A stretch of 64,000 nucleotides of DNA, taken from NCBI RefSeq assembly GCF_009914755.1, contig NC_060927.1; one strand, 5' to 3'. The notes under the pieces were generated by a model. It saw nothing but the letters and a program-made list of their open reading frames with translations. It did no database searches and had not been told where the DNA came from. Numbering within the stretch: the stretch's first letter is position 1; each line of letters begins with the position of its first letter. A program made the translations under genes and the position numbers. Positions 1 through 14,303 of the stretch are shown here, one piece after another. This DNA is from the human T2T-CHM13v2.0 reference genome, Homo sapiens.

Positions 1-228
1 TGCCAGGGGATAAAGGAGGGGTGGGGTTAGTAATTCAAGACTGTCTTTCCAATCCTTTTCAGTGCCTGTTTCCTTAATATAATGTTAAAACCAGGTACTG
101 TGATCACTCACCTAATTTTTGGTTCTTATGAAAATGCTTTTTTGTGTGGATGGTTGTTCAATTTGGTGTTCCTGTGAGGGAGACGATTGCTGCAGGCTTC
201 TATTTGGTCATCTTGCTCTGCCTCTTCC
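1..228 (-). mobile_element. 5' end (5'UTR) of an older primate L1 (L1PA13-16/L1PREC2-like), continuing beyond the window
   Basis: Ends in ctatttggtcatcttgctc, the reverse complement of the L1 5' motif GAGCAAGATGGCCGAATAG. Confidence 0.6.
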
Positions 229-992
229 CTCTCATTGTGATTTTGACTTGCATTTCCCTGATGATTAGTGACATTGAGCATTGTTTATATACTTGAGACC
301 ATTTGTATATCTTCTTTGGGGAATGTTCGCTCAAATCTCTAGCCCATTTTTAAATTAGATTATTAGTTTTCTGTTATTCCCTTGTAGGAATTAAAAAAAT
401 ACTTTGGAGACTAATCCTTTACCAGATATATGGTTTACAAATACTTTCTTCCATTTAATAGGCTAACTTTTCACTCTGCTTATTGTCTTCTTTGTTGTGT
501 AGTAGCTTTTTAGTTTGATGTAATCTCATTAGTCTGTTTTTGCTTTTGTTGCCTGAGCTATCAATATCATATTCATGGAATTGTTGCCAAGATTAATGTC
601 ATGAAGTTTTTTCCCTGTGTTTACTTTGATAAATTTTACAATTTCAGATGTTACATTTATGTCATGAGTTTATTTTGAATTAATTTTTGTGTGTGGTATG
701 AGAACACAGTACAACTTTTTTGCATGTGGATGTCCAGGTATTTTTGCATGCATATATTCCCAACACCATTTGTTAAAGAAATGATCTTTCCCCATTATGT
801 ATTATTGGCATTCTTATTGACGATCAGTTGAGCCTATATGCATTAATTTGTTTCTGGGCTATTTTGTTTCAATGGTTTATGTGTTTGTCTTTATGCCAAT
901 ACTATACTGTTTTGATTACTTTAGCTTTATAACATATTTTGAAAATAGGAAGTGTGATGCCTCCAGTTTTTTTTTGAAAAAATCAATATTTA

Positions 993-1278
993 TTTGGTAT
1001 ACAAAGTTACAGTTAGACAGGAAGAGTAATTCCTGTTGTTTTATTACACAATATTGTGACTATAGCACATAACAACATAGTGTATATTTCAAGATCGTTA
1101 GAAGATTTTGAATCTTATCACAAAGATGTGAAAATGATTTAAAGTGATGAATATGGTAATTACTCCACTTTGATCATTGTACAATGTATGCATGCATTGA
1201 AACATCACATCGTACTCCATATATATGTGCAATTATTATGTGTCAATTATAAATTTAAAGGTTAATTTAAAAAAATAA
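993..1278 (+). mobile_element. L1MA-type 3' end nested in opposite orientation
   Basis: tacaaagttacagttagacagg...ttgatcattgtacaatgtatgcatgcattgaaacatcacatcgtactcc...A-rich end, typical of an L1MA 3'UTR. Confidence 0.75.
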
Positions 1279-2359
1279 AATGCCTTGGAAAATGAATACA
1301 GAGATAGAAAGCAAACACCACGTAAAGATGTTCTTAAAAAGTAAATGAATGAATGAATAAAGAAACAGAAACTGCATGAGAGAGAAAAGAGATATTTGGC
1401 TATTTCTAGTCTTTTGTGGTTTCATATAAATTTCAGAATTGTCTTTTCTATTTCTGTAAAAAAATGCCATAGGGATTTTGAGGAGGATTTCATTGAATTT
1501 GTAAATAATTTTGGAAAGTATGAACATTTTAACAATGCTAAGCCTTCCAATCAATGAACACAGAATGTCTTTCCATTTGTGTTTTCCTTAATTTCTCTCA
1601 TCAATGTTTTGTAGTTTTCTGCACATAAGTCTTTTGCTTTTTTAGTTGTTTTATTTTTAAGTGTTTTATTCATTATCATGCTACTGTAAATGGAATTGTT
1701 TTCTTAGTTCCCTTTCAGATAGTTTGTTCTTTGCGTGTAGAAATATTTCTGAGTTTTGTATGTTGACTTTGTATCCTAACTTTATTGAATTTCTTTATTA
1801 GGTCTAATAGTGTTTAAGTGGAGTTTTTAGGGTTTTCTATTTATGGTGTCATTTCATCTGCAAACAGAGATAATTCTACTTTTTCCTTTCAAAATTTGAT
1901 TTATTTTGTTCCTTCTTTTTGCTTACTTGCTCTGGCTAAGACTTTCAGTAATATGTTGAATAAAAGTGGAAAGAGTGGGAATAATTGACTTTCTCCTGAT
2001 TTTAGAGGAAAAGCTTTCAGTTTTTCACCAGAGTATGATGTTTATTACGGGCTTTTATCTATGGCCTTTGTTATATTGAGGTAGTTTTTACTATTCCTAG
2101 TTTGTTGAGGGTTTTAACAGTTTTAACAAATTGTTATTATTTAACAGTTTGTTAAATTTTGTCAAATGTTTTTTCTTCATCTGTTAAGACAATAATCTGT
2201 TTTTACCTTTTACTGTGTTAATGTGCTGCATTACATTGATTTTCATATGGTGAACCATCCTTGCATCCCAGGGATAATCCTACTTAGTCATAGTATATGA
2301 CCCTTTTAATGTACTGTTGAATTTTGTTTGCTAGTATTTTTTGAGAATTTTCGCACGTA

Positions 2360-3133
2360 CATTAGTCCTCCCTTACATGAGGTTTCACTTTCTGCGATTT
2401 CAGTTACCCATGGCCAACCATGGCCCAAAGATATTAATGGAAAATTCCAGATATAAGTAATTGATGAATTTTAACGTGTGTGTCATTCTGAGTAGTGTGA
2501 TACCTGTGCCGACCTGCTCCATCCTACCTGGGACATCCATCATTCCTGTTTTCAAGGTAACCATGCAGTGTATGCTACTTGCCTGTTAGTTATCAATATT
2601 ATCTGCTCCTGACATCCTAACATAAGGATCATCATGGCTCAGTGATCCAGGATCACCTCAATCAGATGTTCCTCCTTCTGACATATCATCAGAAGGTCAA
2701 TAGTAGCCTAACACTAAGTCACAATGCCTACACCATTCACCTTACTCATCTCATCATGGAGGCATTTTATCATCTCACATCATCATAAGAAGGGTGAGAA
2801 CAGAACAATAAGATGATTTGAGAGAGAGGCCACATTTATACAACGTTTAATATAGTACATTGTTATAACTGTTTTATTTTATTATTTGTTATTGTTGTTC
2901 ATCTTCACCTCTTACTATACCTAATTTATAATTTAAACTTTATCACAGGTATGTATGTACAGGAAAAAAAATTATATATAAAAAAGAACTCTCTCTGTAT
3001 AGTTCATTTATATATATAATGTCATACATAAAATGAACTGTATATATATATATATATGCATAGTCCAGAACTATCTGCAGTTTCACACAGGGACTCTTGG
3101 AATATATCCCTTGTGGATAAGGGGGAGGTACTA
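2360..3133. mobile_element. MER44 (Tigger7-derived) DNA transposon
   Basis: Decayed TIRs cattagtcctcccttac...ggataagggggaggtacta, flanked by TA; L1 sequence resumes on both sides. Confidence 0.8.
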
Positions 3134-3502
3134 TATATTGGTCAGGGATATCAGTCTGTAATTTTCTTTTGTTGTAGCGTTTTGTCTGGTTTAGTATCAG
3201 AACAATGCTGGTCTCACAAAATGAATTTGGAAGTGTTACCTCCTCTGTAATTCCTTTAAAGAATTTGAGAGGGCTTGGCATTAATTCTCTACATATTTGG
3301 TATAATTCACCGCTGAAGCCATCTGGTTCTGGGATTTTCTTTGCTGAAACGGTTTTGATTACTTATGTAACCTCCATGTTAGTTACAGGTCTGTCCAGAT
3401 TTTCTTTTTCTTCATGATTCAGTCTTAGTCAATTGTATGTTTCTAGAGAACATTTCATTTTTTCTAGGATTTCCAGCTTATTGGCTTATGATTGTTCCTA
3501 GT

Positions 3503-3695
3503 ACCTCTGCCTCCCTGTTATAAGAATGCTTGTGATAAAATTCAGGGCCCACTGAGGTAATACATGATAACCTCTTCATCATCAGATCCTTAGCTTAATC
3601 ACATCTGCGAAGCAACTTTGATTTATAAGGTAACATTCATAGGTTCCAGAGATTAGGACTTGAGTACTTCAGGAGCCAGTTTTAAGCCTAAATAC
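3503..3695 (-). mobile_element. MLT1-type MaLR LTR fragment
   Basis: cttagcttaatcacatctgc...taaggtaacattcataggttccagagattaggac motif. Confidence 0.65.
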
Positions 3696-5879
3696 TCTAC
3701 TATGCTTTTTGTTAAAAAAAAAGAAAAAAATTAAACTGAATGGAAGTGATAGAAATCCAGTTAGAGTTTTCTAAATCAAAAATGGAATTGATTACAAAGA
3801 GATGGGAAATGACAAATACTCACTGCCCTGGAAGGGACCTGGGGATAACTAGAATCAGAGAGATGAACAATGTCAGAGCACTTCATCTCTTCTTGTTTCT
3901 TTCTACACATCTTTATTTTTAAAAATAACCTCCCTCTCTGTCTCTCTCAACCACTGTCTCATCCTCTCTCTGTCACTATCTCTATCTCTAGCTCTCCGTA
4001 GAGTGGTTATCTCTGCTTCTCTGGCCCACAGGTTGCCAATTTTCCTGAGGTTTGCTCAATGGGGTAACGTGACTGCTGAGAAACTGACATACATGTCTAT
4101 CAATCCAAAGTTCAGAAATTGCAGGAAAGAAGCTATTGTTTAGCTTAATACAAGTGATATTTCTTGGACTAATCAATTCCAGCATTAAGGAAGGGTCCCA
4201 TTTAACAAAACTGGTCCTTCTTCAGCCATTTGGAAAGGCAAAGGAAGCATAAAGGGGCAGTAACTAGAAAAGTGGCAAGATAAGTTGCTGGGCAAACATT
4301 GTCATAGGTGTCCTCTGCAACTTTATTCCTGGGGAAAAAAAAGATCCTTTCTCATGCGGTTAGATGGGGTGGAGAAAATACTGTGCAATTGATAACAGGA
4401 TTTCACATAAAATTATTCTTCAACTATCTAGAAAATAATCAAAATTATTATTTTTAATAAATGAGGATAGTAAGGTTTAGAAATGTTATTATATATAGCT
4501 TGTAAAAGTTGGCTAACATGAATTATCCAGCTCTAAGATTATTATTCCTTCCTTCAAGTAACTGCATTACAGTTGAAATAGTACTAGACTAAGAGTTAGA
4601 AGACCTGGGCTTATGTCTTGCCTCTGCGATTTATTAGGAACCATCTTTAAAAAGTTATTTAAGTGTCCATAGCTCAGTTTCTTTCCTCTAAAATGGGGAT
4701 AAAAATTCCTAACCCAGAGGGTCATGTTTTCAAGTTTAAAAGGGATAATTTAAGTAAAAGTCCTTTCATAATTGCTATTTTATTTTTTTAAAACCTAAAT
4801 AAATGTCAGATAACCTTTCTCTGATTATTTGTTGTCATTTCTCTCATTTGAACTATTTTTAGAAAGGATTAAAGTAGAGTTTGTTACTAAGGCTAGTATT
4901 CACTAAGAATTGAAATCTGATGAAAAGTTTCAGTTTGACTGTCGATGATCAAGATATGTCCTCCTACTTATTGGATTATAAAAGATAACATTTTCCAGGA
5001 ATAGGAACCACTCCTAGAGGTTGAGGTGGCAGGGAACATTCTCAAAGATCCCAACTTCTGGATGAAATCCAGAAGAATCTCCTTGATTCGACCTGTGTAT
5101 ACTTTATACTATCCTTAAATGAAATTTTTTCAATGATTTTTTTCTTGCCAGAAGGGAAAATCAGCCTCTCTGTGTAATAGAACCATTGGCAGCAATGATT
5201 TGAGAGCAAAATGGTATGTGGGGAATAAGAAGGCAAGAGTCAGCATCTGAAGTATTATGATAAAAAGATAATGTAGGTAATGTTTTATTAACAATACCAA
5301 AATGCATGACTCTTCATTTAATGGAAATTTTAAACCAGCATGGGGATATTTCTCTACAAAATAAACATTAGCCACACTGCTTACTGAAGATACTTCCCTC
5401 TGCTCTCTTTGTAGCATGTGTACTTTGGATATATAAACTGAGAAGTTTAAGAATAACCTTGAATGTGGGACTAATTAATATACTTTAGGCTGGGTGTGCT
5501 TGTGGGAAATATTTTATAAAATTATAAAAGTTAAAATTACTGAAAGACATGAAAATTTATCCCCCAGGGTTGAAAGTAAGTACCACAACTAGTAGCTTTT
5601 AAAAAGCTTTTTGTTACATGTTTCCTTTGAATTCTCTCTATATATTCAAATAACATTATTATTATTATTATTATTTTTCTCATAAAGGCAACTATAATTG
5701 CTGTTTCATTAAACCTGCCAGCTATGTTTTCTTGTCCGGTGAAGTTGTGTCAGTTTAAATCACATGCATTCTTTCCACAGGAAAAAAATAAATAAAAGTT
5801 TAAAAGTTTTCTAAAGTGATTACTTAAATTGTTAAATAAAAGTAATAAGAAAAAAATCCAATCAATATTAATAAACGTA

Positions 5880-6580
5880 TGTATTAGTCAATTATAGCAC
5901 TGCTATAAAGAAATACTTGTGGCCAGGCATGGTGGCTCATGTCTGTAATCCAAACACTTTGGGAGGCCGATGCGGGCAGATCACTTGAGGTCAGGAGTTC
6001 AAGACCAGCTCGACCAACATGGCAAAACCCCGTCTCTACTAAAAATATGAAAAAGAAAAAATTAGGCTGGTGTGCTGGCACATGCCTGTAGTCTCAGCTA
6101 GGCTAAGGCATGAGAATTGCTTGAACCTGGGAGGTAGAGGTTGTAGTGAGCAGAGATCATGCCATTGTACTCCCTTCTGGGCGACAGAGTGAGATTGTGT
6201 CCAAAGAAGAAGGAGGAGAAGGAGAAGCCCAAGGAGAGAGAAGGGGAAGGGGAAGGGGAAGGGGAAGGGGACACTTGAAACTGGGTAATTTATAAAGAAA
6301 AGAGATTTAGTTGGCTTATGGTTGTGCAATCTATACAGGCCTCAGGAAACTTACAATCATTGTGGAAGGGGAAGCAGGCACATCTTACATGGCCACAGCA
6401 GGAGGAAGAGAGAGAAGGGGAGGTGCTACACACTTTTAAACAACCAGATCTTATGAGAACTCACTAACTAACAGGCGAACAGCAAAGGGGAAATCTGCCC
6501 CAATGATCCAATTACCTCCAACATTAGGGATTACAATTTGACATGAGATTTGGATGGGGACACAAATCCAAACCATATTA
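5880..6580 (-). mobile_element. MST (MaLR) solo LTR interrupted by an Alu
   Basis: tgtattagtc...gctataaagaaatac | Alu | ttgaaactgggtaatttataaag...ggggacacaaatccaaaccatat. Confidence 0.85.
5921..6270 (+). mobile_element. AluS with tail converted to a purine-rich (GGGAAG)n-like repeat
   Basis: ggccaggcatggtggctca start, dimeric Alu body, GA-rich tail 6203-6270. Confidence 0.92.
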
Positions 6581-8744
6581 ATGTATAAATTTTTAAAAGA
6601 CAAAACTTAAAATATTGAAGGTACTTAATAATTTTACAAACTCATAATATTGAGAAAAAGCTTGGGCTCATTTACACATTTTAAAATATCTGGCTGGAAA
6701 AAAATAAAATAAGTTAACATTTAAAATGTTAATTACCTCTATATTTGGCATCTTGAAAAATAGTATATTTAAACAACTGACTTGCTTATTCATTTTTCAT
6801 TCAATTGGTTTGTTCTGTTGTAGACACTAAATTTTTGTAAAAGAAAATATTTTAAAATATATTAATGCAATGAGGTAGCCCTCATATACTACTGATGGGA
6901 ATGTCGAATCCTTTGATTTATCATATCAACTTTTAAGAATCACTTGTGGAGCTTTTAATTCCAGACCAAATGAAAAAAGTGCATTCCACCGCATTCCTCT
7001 TGCTGACTGTGGCTAAAAATCTTGACAAAATACATAAGGCAAATCTGAGGAGACTCAAGGAGGTGAAGAGAAGGATGCCAACTGGCCTCAGGACTTGAGC
7101 AATTAGCAAGTAGTGAGTTTCCTGGGATTTTTTTTATGCCTCCAGTATATCTCAGTCTGGGTGCTAGAAAAGCTTGCCGCCCAGAAACCCTAAAGGATGT
7201 GCAGCCAGTGCAACAAGAAAAGTCTCCACTCTCTCACCAAGGATCAAAAAAAAAAAAAAAAAAGAGTAGAGCTGAAGAGCAGAACCTTTTGACTAAATCC
7301 ACCCTACTCCAGGCGAACACCAGAAAGAAAGCAATGGCCCTGCCCATTCACACAGTGGGTGCTGTAGAGACCATAGGGCAGAGCCTTATCAACAATCCCT
7401 GCCCTAGCCTTTCTGTACCATATTGAAGGAAACCTTTTTGCAGTTTCTCTGTCCTTATCTTAACTAGACTACTATTTATCCCATCCAATGAGAATTTCTT
7501 TTGATACCTATGTTTTTCATTGCTCTAAGTGTTTATTAAACAGACCTGGTCTTTTTAAATAATGTCTTTTAAAATGAACAATATTTATTTTTTTCTTTTT
7601 GAAATATCCTGTTAAATGAATGTTAGGTACTTTATAATTTTTGTCTGTGAGCTTGTCTTCAGCCAGAAGTAATCTTTTGTGTTTGTGTTCCTCATGGCTG
7701 GGGTATGAAAGCAAGCATACCTATGACATTCTCTCAGAATGTCATTTATTTTAGTTTTTATTTCCTGGCCATTAGAGTTCAGGCAGATCACCTGGATCTA
7801 ATAAAAATTTAGCTGATTTAAGATTGTTGGGTTTCATGGGAAACCCTGCAGCTTCTCCTTTGTGGCAGGCTCTGAAGTCTAGTATTTGTCTTCTCAGCAT
7901 GTTGAACTGCTGAAATTTTACCTTTGCTTTTAAATAGCTATTTTCTTCTGGTTTAGTTTTCTTTCTTCTTTTCTTTTCTTTTTGCTTTATGTTGGTGAAT
8001 ATTTGCATGAAATATATTTCTATCATATTGCTCTCAACCTTTCTGTGCATTTATATTGAAGGTGTTTCTCAGAAGCTGTATGGCTAGAGTTTTTTCTAGC
8101 ATAATATGGTATTTTTCTCTAATGCATAATATGATCATATTTATCTCCTTAGTTTTAATTTTACCATGCAATATTATCTTCAAATGCAAACTACATGTCA
8201 CATAATTATGTTATAAAGCAAAAATGAATACCTCTAAGCCCATCACACAATGAAGTACCAGAACATCACCTAATACATTTGAAACTATTTTTATGCCCTT
8301 TCCTGATCCCATCTCTTTGCCGCTCCTCACTCTTTTATTTCTTCAGTAATGGCATATATGGAATATTTAACTGAGTTATGGCACTAGACATCTCTTATAT
8401 TTAAAAGCAGTCTGAGAAATTTCAATTCTGTCTTAGCATATTAGTTAGGATAATGTTTCAAATTTTTACATGAAGGCTTTCCATGAGAAATTTCCAAAAA
8501 TTTCTCAAAATGGTTTTGTATTTCCCTTTACATTGTTAAGGTACCATCTACTTAGAAATTAAAAGGAAATAAATAATTTATAAATGTTTCCAAGGTACAC
8601 CACAAAAAGAAGTTTTTTATAAGCTCTTTAGATAGTATATTTTAAGCCATTCATGATATTAATATGAATAGAGCAATTTTTAAAAAGATACATATTCCAG
8701 CTTGGTTAAGACATGAGTAGTATTCTCTCAGCCATTTTTTTTAA

Positions 8745-9242
8745 ACTCTAGCAGTTGCCGTGGCAACCAGCTGCACTCAGGTATAACCTGACAGCACCAC
8801 CCCTAGCTGTATTTAGTATTTTTCTTGCTTTCTACCCTGGGTGTTTTCTATTGCTTCTTACAGTGATGTCAGTAAGAAAACCACTCAACTATTCTGAAGT
8901 GTTCAAAATCAGGCAGTATGAGGTAGTTAGTGCTCCCTGGGATAACTCTTGACCAATGGGGTCTAGAAACTAGTGGATAAATACTTTATTCCTTCCCTTG
9001 GATGGACAATTCTAAGGTGAATTTTAAATGAATCACCGAGGTATCTCCACTGGGAACGAGCCCGGTTGCACGCTGTAGTTCGATATGCAAACTTATATTG
9101 CCTCTCACTCATTCCCAGTTTTACTTTTCCATCTCCCCTGTCCTTTTCCTTGGGATCACTTCCCCAAACAAGCAATCATCACATGATCCCTTGTCTCTGG
9201 TTCTGCTTTTATGGGGACCATAGTGGAACTTAGGCCAAGACA
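8745..9242 (+). mobile_element. LTR16-family (ERVL) solo LTR
   Basis: ggacaattctaagg...cttgggatcacttcccc...tcccttgtctctggttctgctttt...aagaca, resembling the LTR16 3' half. Confidence 0.65.
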
Positions 9243-10811
9243 CAGCTCATATGAATCATTTTCATAGTCTCCTAAATATTTTAAATACAAGTACATTGCT
9301 TTGACAAATTTGAAAATGTATGGTTAGTAACTACCGGGGATGGCTTGAATCTTTATAATGAAATAAGTTGCTGTAGCAGTTGTCTAAATAGTAATTAATC
9401 TATTTGTGTATGTGTGTGTTCTAGCATTGTCTTAATGCAAGGTAGTCAATAAAACTATATCAAATTTGTAAAAGTGCAATATTTTCATTAAGCTAATATT
9501 TATTGAAAAATTACTCTCTGCTCTGCTGTGTCAAGTATGGAAGTTAAATATATCAAAGACATGGCCACCACCTTCGAATTTTATTACTTAATGGGAAACA
9601 CTTGCCAATCAGCCAGGGATTCTAATCCAGTGTGATAGGTATCCTCATGATGATATGGGATGTTATGGGATCACTGAGGAAACATACACATGGGTATTAG
9701 ACAGGGTTTATGAAAGAAAAGGATACTTTGGTGAAGTTATAAAAGGAAATGATAATAATAAGAGCACGTATTTATTCAGAGTTTGCTAAGTGCTGGTAGG
9801 TGATAATAATTTACCTGCATTATTTGGTTTACTAACAACAACCTGATATATGGCATCTATTAACATCCCCATTGGCAGGTGTAGAGAGACTTAGTTCAAA
9901 GGCTTTCCCAAATATGAGTAAGAATTAGCTGAGCAGAGAAAGAGGAATGGAATGACAAATACAGGAAGAGACTATAAAAAAGATATAAAAGCTTGAGAAA
10001 ACGTGCTACTGAGGGGAACCTAATGTAGTCTGTTCTTAAGGTTATACCCCGGGGGTATACCAGGAGTGGAGGAAGAGGGAAAACCAGGATCCAGATCATA
10101 AATGGTCATGTATATAATATTAAGTAGCTTGAAAGAAATGGAAATCTTCTGAAAGATATTGAGCAGGATATTACCTGATCTGATTTGTGTTTTAGGGGAA
10201 AAAAATCACCCTTTAATGAATTACAAAGACGCAAGACAAGATTCCATAAGACACAGTTATTTGTGTGTTTTTTTCCCATGTATTAACCTATTTTCGCTCA
10301 GTCCCAGACCTATACTCTATCTGTTTCTTTGTGATACTGGACTTAGGATGCTGAAAACTATAATTCTTTTTTTTTTTTTTCCAGCTGGTTCCCTGTTAGG
10401 TTTTCCAGTAGAGAAACAGAGTCTGACATGCAGGAAGAGTTAAAAGTGGCTTGTTACCTCCTGCTTTGTTCCTTTTAGTGTTGTCTTCTCAGCAATGGAC
10501 CTTCACCCTGGCAGAAACAGTTTGTTACAGTCTCTAGCTTGTGTCATTGCTTTCAGAAACCAGGCTTCTCATGATGAAGACTGAAATTAAGGCAGAGGCA
10601 GCAGATGCTCTATGTCAATTTTCTATGAAGAAATTATATAAATCTCTTTTCTTGTAAGTTATTAAGAAAGATAATTAAATTTTTAGAAATCCAATAGCCA
10701 GTAATGCAACCTGAATGAAGTTTATAACATCTTAGTCATTGGACATATAGGTAAGCTATTTTACAAATTCGTTTACTCACATATACATTCATTCATTTAA
10801 AATGATTTGTT

Positions 10812-11125
10812 GGCCGGGTGCAGTGGCTCACACCTGCAATCCCAGCACTTTGGGAGGCCAAGGCAGGTGGATCACCTGAGGTCAGGAGTTCAAAACCAGC
10901 CTGGCCAGTATGGTGAAACCCTGTCTCTACTAAAAATACAAAAATTAGCCAGGCGTGGTGGCAGGTGCCTGTAATCCCAGCTAATTGGGAAGCGCAGGCA
11001 GAGGAATCACTTCAACCTGGGAGGCGGAAGATGCGTTGAGCTGATATTGTGCCATTGCACTCCAGCCTGGGCAACAGAGTGAGACTCCATCTCAAAAAAA
11101 TAAAACAAATAAAATAAAATAAAAT
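10812..11125 (+). mobile_element. AluS with target-site duplication
   Basis: Full dimer with A/TAAAA tail; TSD aaaatgatttgtt on both sides; inserted in an L2 remnant. Confidence 0.95.
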
Positions 11126-14100
11126 AAAATGATTTGTTGCAGCCTTCAATGTGCCAGAGCACTTAGGTTGTGTGGATACAGCCGTTAATAGACAGAAAAT
11201 AGTCCTTCTCTTGTGCAGCTTATGTTTCAATGCACAGAAAGGCAAAGAAACCAATAAGCAAATTTATAAATAAAATAATATACTCCCATATAGGAAAAAA
11301 TGTTATGACAATAATGAAAGAGGGAAATAGGATAAACTGTGTATCAGATGGGAAAGTGTTTGGCTGCAAGCTACAAAATAAATGCAATTAAATCATAAGG
11401 ATATTTATGGTTTACTTTATAAGACATTGGTAGGTAATTAGCCTCGGGGATGTTCTGAGAGCTTAGCAATGCCATCAGATTCAAGCTATTGCTAACTTTT
11501 AGCTTCATCCTTTTTGTGTGTGTTAGCCACTGGTTCTCATACATGTTCACTTCTGGCTACACAATGGCTCCCATACCTGTAAACAACACATTCTCATGCA
11601 GGATGTAAAGAAGAAATAAAAAGGCAGAGGCAAAAATCTAGGTGAGAGTCTTTGCTTGGGTGGTTGAACCAACAGGACTGGTTGAAGGATAAGCTATATC
11701 TGTGTGTTTGTGTTTGTACTGTGTGTGTGTCTGTTTTGTTTAAAAATGAGTATACATAAATATATTCAGAATTCTTTCTTGATTTTCAGATGATTTTAAT
11801 AATTTTAGTGTATTTTTGCAAAAATAAAAAACAAAACAAAAAACAAAATAGCATTAGCCTGACACTTGATTCTTTTCCTCTAAAAGACTATGAAATAGCT
11901 GTTGAATCATAGAAGATTAAAGGTGTTAATAATCCTCCAAAGATATGATTACTATACTGCTAGTGGTGACATTCGACTTTATATGTGTGCTGAAGAAATT
12001 GGCAAAACCCCAAGTCTGACAATTCACTTCCATATGTGAGCTCTCCACTGTAAGAGGTATGGCTATCCCCAGCAAAATGACCTTTTGGTCCTGATTATCT
12101 GGATAACCTTGAGTTTGTAGATGAATAGTTTTTCAGCATACTGTCTTTCTGGAAATGGGTATAATTAAACTTGTCACTCAAGAGTACCGTATGATTTAAT
12201 CACTCAATATTAAGTAAAGCTCTTTGAGATCTTTAAGCAAAGGATCCTATGCAATTGCAGAATATCATTACAAAGATACAACTTTAGCATCTTGCTGATC
12301 TCTGAGAAATTATATACAGAGACCATTTCTAATAACCAGAGAAAGCGACCCTGTAAATTGTAGTATTTATAAAGCATTTCAATATACATTAAATAAATTT
12401 TAAGGGCATTTAATTAAGTTATAAATTGGGCCATTAATAAAAATACCATTTAACAATTTGTCTCTGGCAATGGATAGCATTAAAGCTCTTTAGATAGGTT
12501 GTTTATTTAGAAATAGCATCATATGCACATTTCATTTAATAGTGATTCATTCCACAATAATATTTGGAAAATTTGAAACATGTCAATCTTCTACATCTTT
12601 TGGAGTGAATTCATTGTCTTGTACCTCCAAATAAATCTCTATTTTTATTTATTGGTACACATATGTAGGGATTCTAAACATATATCTGTAAATCTCACAA
12701 TTGAAACATTTAAAGCCAAAGGCTATAGTTTATTTTAATAAAATATTAGAATAGTCTAGCAAATATTTATTTCTTGAAGTACTTGAGAGAAACCTCACCA
12801 GGGATAGAAAACCCTACCCAAGATCAAAGACTGTGGGGGAAAGGAAAGAAAACACTGGTGAATGGCAATGATTCCTTACTTCTTCCCTAAACCACATGGC
12901 TTCCCTGTATGCTAACAGCATTCATAATGATTTCCGCAGGCTTTGAAAGCTTAATAAGAGTACAACCATATTTTATGTCTATGGTGAGTAAGTAGCTTTA
13001 TGTACACAGATGATTACAAATGTATCATTTCTAACCTCTATTTCAAGAGAAAAATATAACTTTTTTCCTGGCAATTTGAAGAGCTGTGTTGTATAGTGAA
13101 TTACAATAAAAAGTTGAAGTACAAAAACATATCTCTTACTAATGCTTCCATGAACCATGCTGTTTCTCAGTGAGTGTTTGACATTTATGTATCTATGGTA
13201 CATAGATATTCTACAAGGCTAGACACTGGGGAAAAATATACTCAGTAGGTGTTGCACATATATTCTCTAGTCTGTTTATAAAGAGAAGTGACATAGTAAT
13301 ATTATATCTTGCTGTAGTAATAAAAACACATTTACACATTTACATCAGAACTGTTCAGGATAATGGTCATCACTTGTGTATATCAGCCCTGACACTTTTG
13401 TCAATTTATTTATATTGGAGACTTTGATAGATGGAATAGGGCATTAGTTCTCATTATTCATTCAATTTTTGCTCAAAGACATTTAAAATCACATCATGTG
13501 CCAGCAATATCTATGTCCTGAGGATTCTGAAAGTTATACACCTCAGCTCAGTGAGTTTGTAGTCATATGGAAAGAAAGGTAATTGATCAATTATGCCCCA
13601 TAATTTGAATAAATAATCAAGAAAATGAGAACAAAATATTAGAAATTTCAAAAAATTAAAAGGAAAAAATGCAGTCACATCTGTCCCTGTATTTTTCGAA
13701 AACAAGAATGTCTATTCAGCAAAAATAGGAAAAAAAATCAGCTATAATCTTATCACTAGACCAAAACTATGTTGACCTGAGTAGATATTTCAAAAAATAT
13801 AAAATCTTATCAAATTTGGGGCTATTTCTTATTCTTCATATCAAATCTTGCAAAATTCTAATTATTGGCTTGCATTTGGCACACGGACATATTTTGTTTC
13901 TTCCACACTTTGTTGAATAGCAATAAAATGTTTTTTAAAAATTCCTTGTCAACAAAATTCTCATAAAAGTTAAAACTTCTAACTATACTTCTCAGACAAT
14001 TCCAAACCTATATTTCCTATGGCAACAATCTGCTGGAGTTGATCAATATCCACAGCAGATTCCCACTGCCCCGCATGCCTCCCTGTTATCTCCCTAACCT

Positions 14101-14303
14101 GGTTCACTCCACTCACTGACATTCTCTATGTAGGCCTTGGAGATGCCTGTGTTTGGGACCTCCAGTTTATAGAAAACTGCCAGTTGTTTCCAGATGTTCT
14201 CTCTGTTGCACTCTATCTATGCTGGAGAATTATACATTTCAATTTTTATTCAGGTGTTTTGATGTCCTAACAATTGTTACCGTGTATTGGGCATTATCTA
14301 TGT

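Larger units (their letters stand above)
230..3500 (-). mobile_element. Old L1M (L1MA/MB-like) ORF2 remnant, interrupted by nested insertions
   Basis: Minus-strand ORF fragments [31 protein letters not shown] and EEVTLPNSFCETSIVLI resemble L1 ORF2p; T-rich L1 antisense sequence. Confidence 0.85.

Noticed and set aside
6945-8050. Possible ancient L1M 5'UTR/ORF1 remnants
   Set aside because: Too diverged to assign a family or boundaries by eye.
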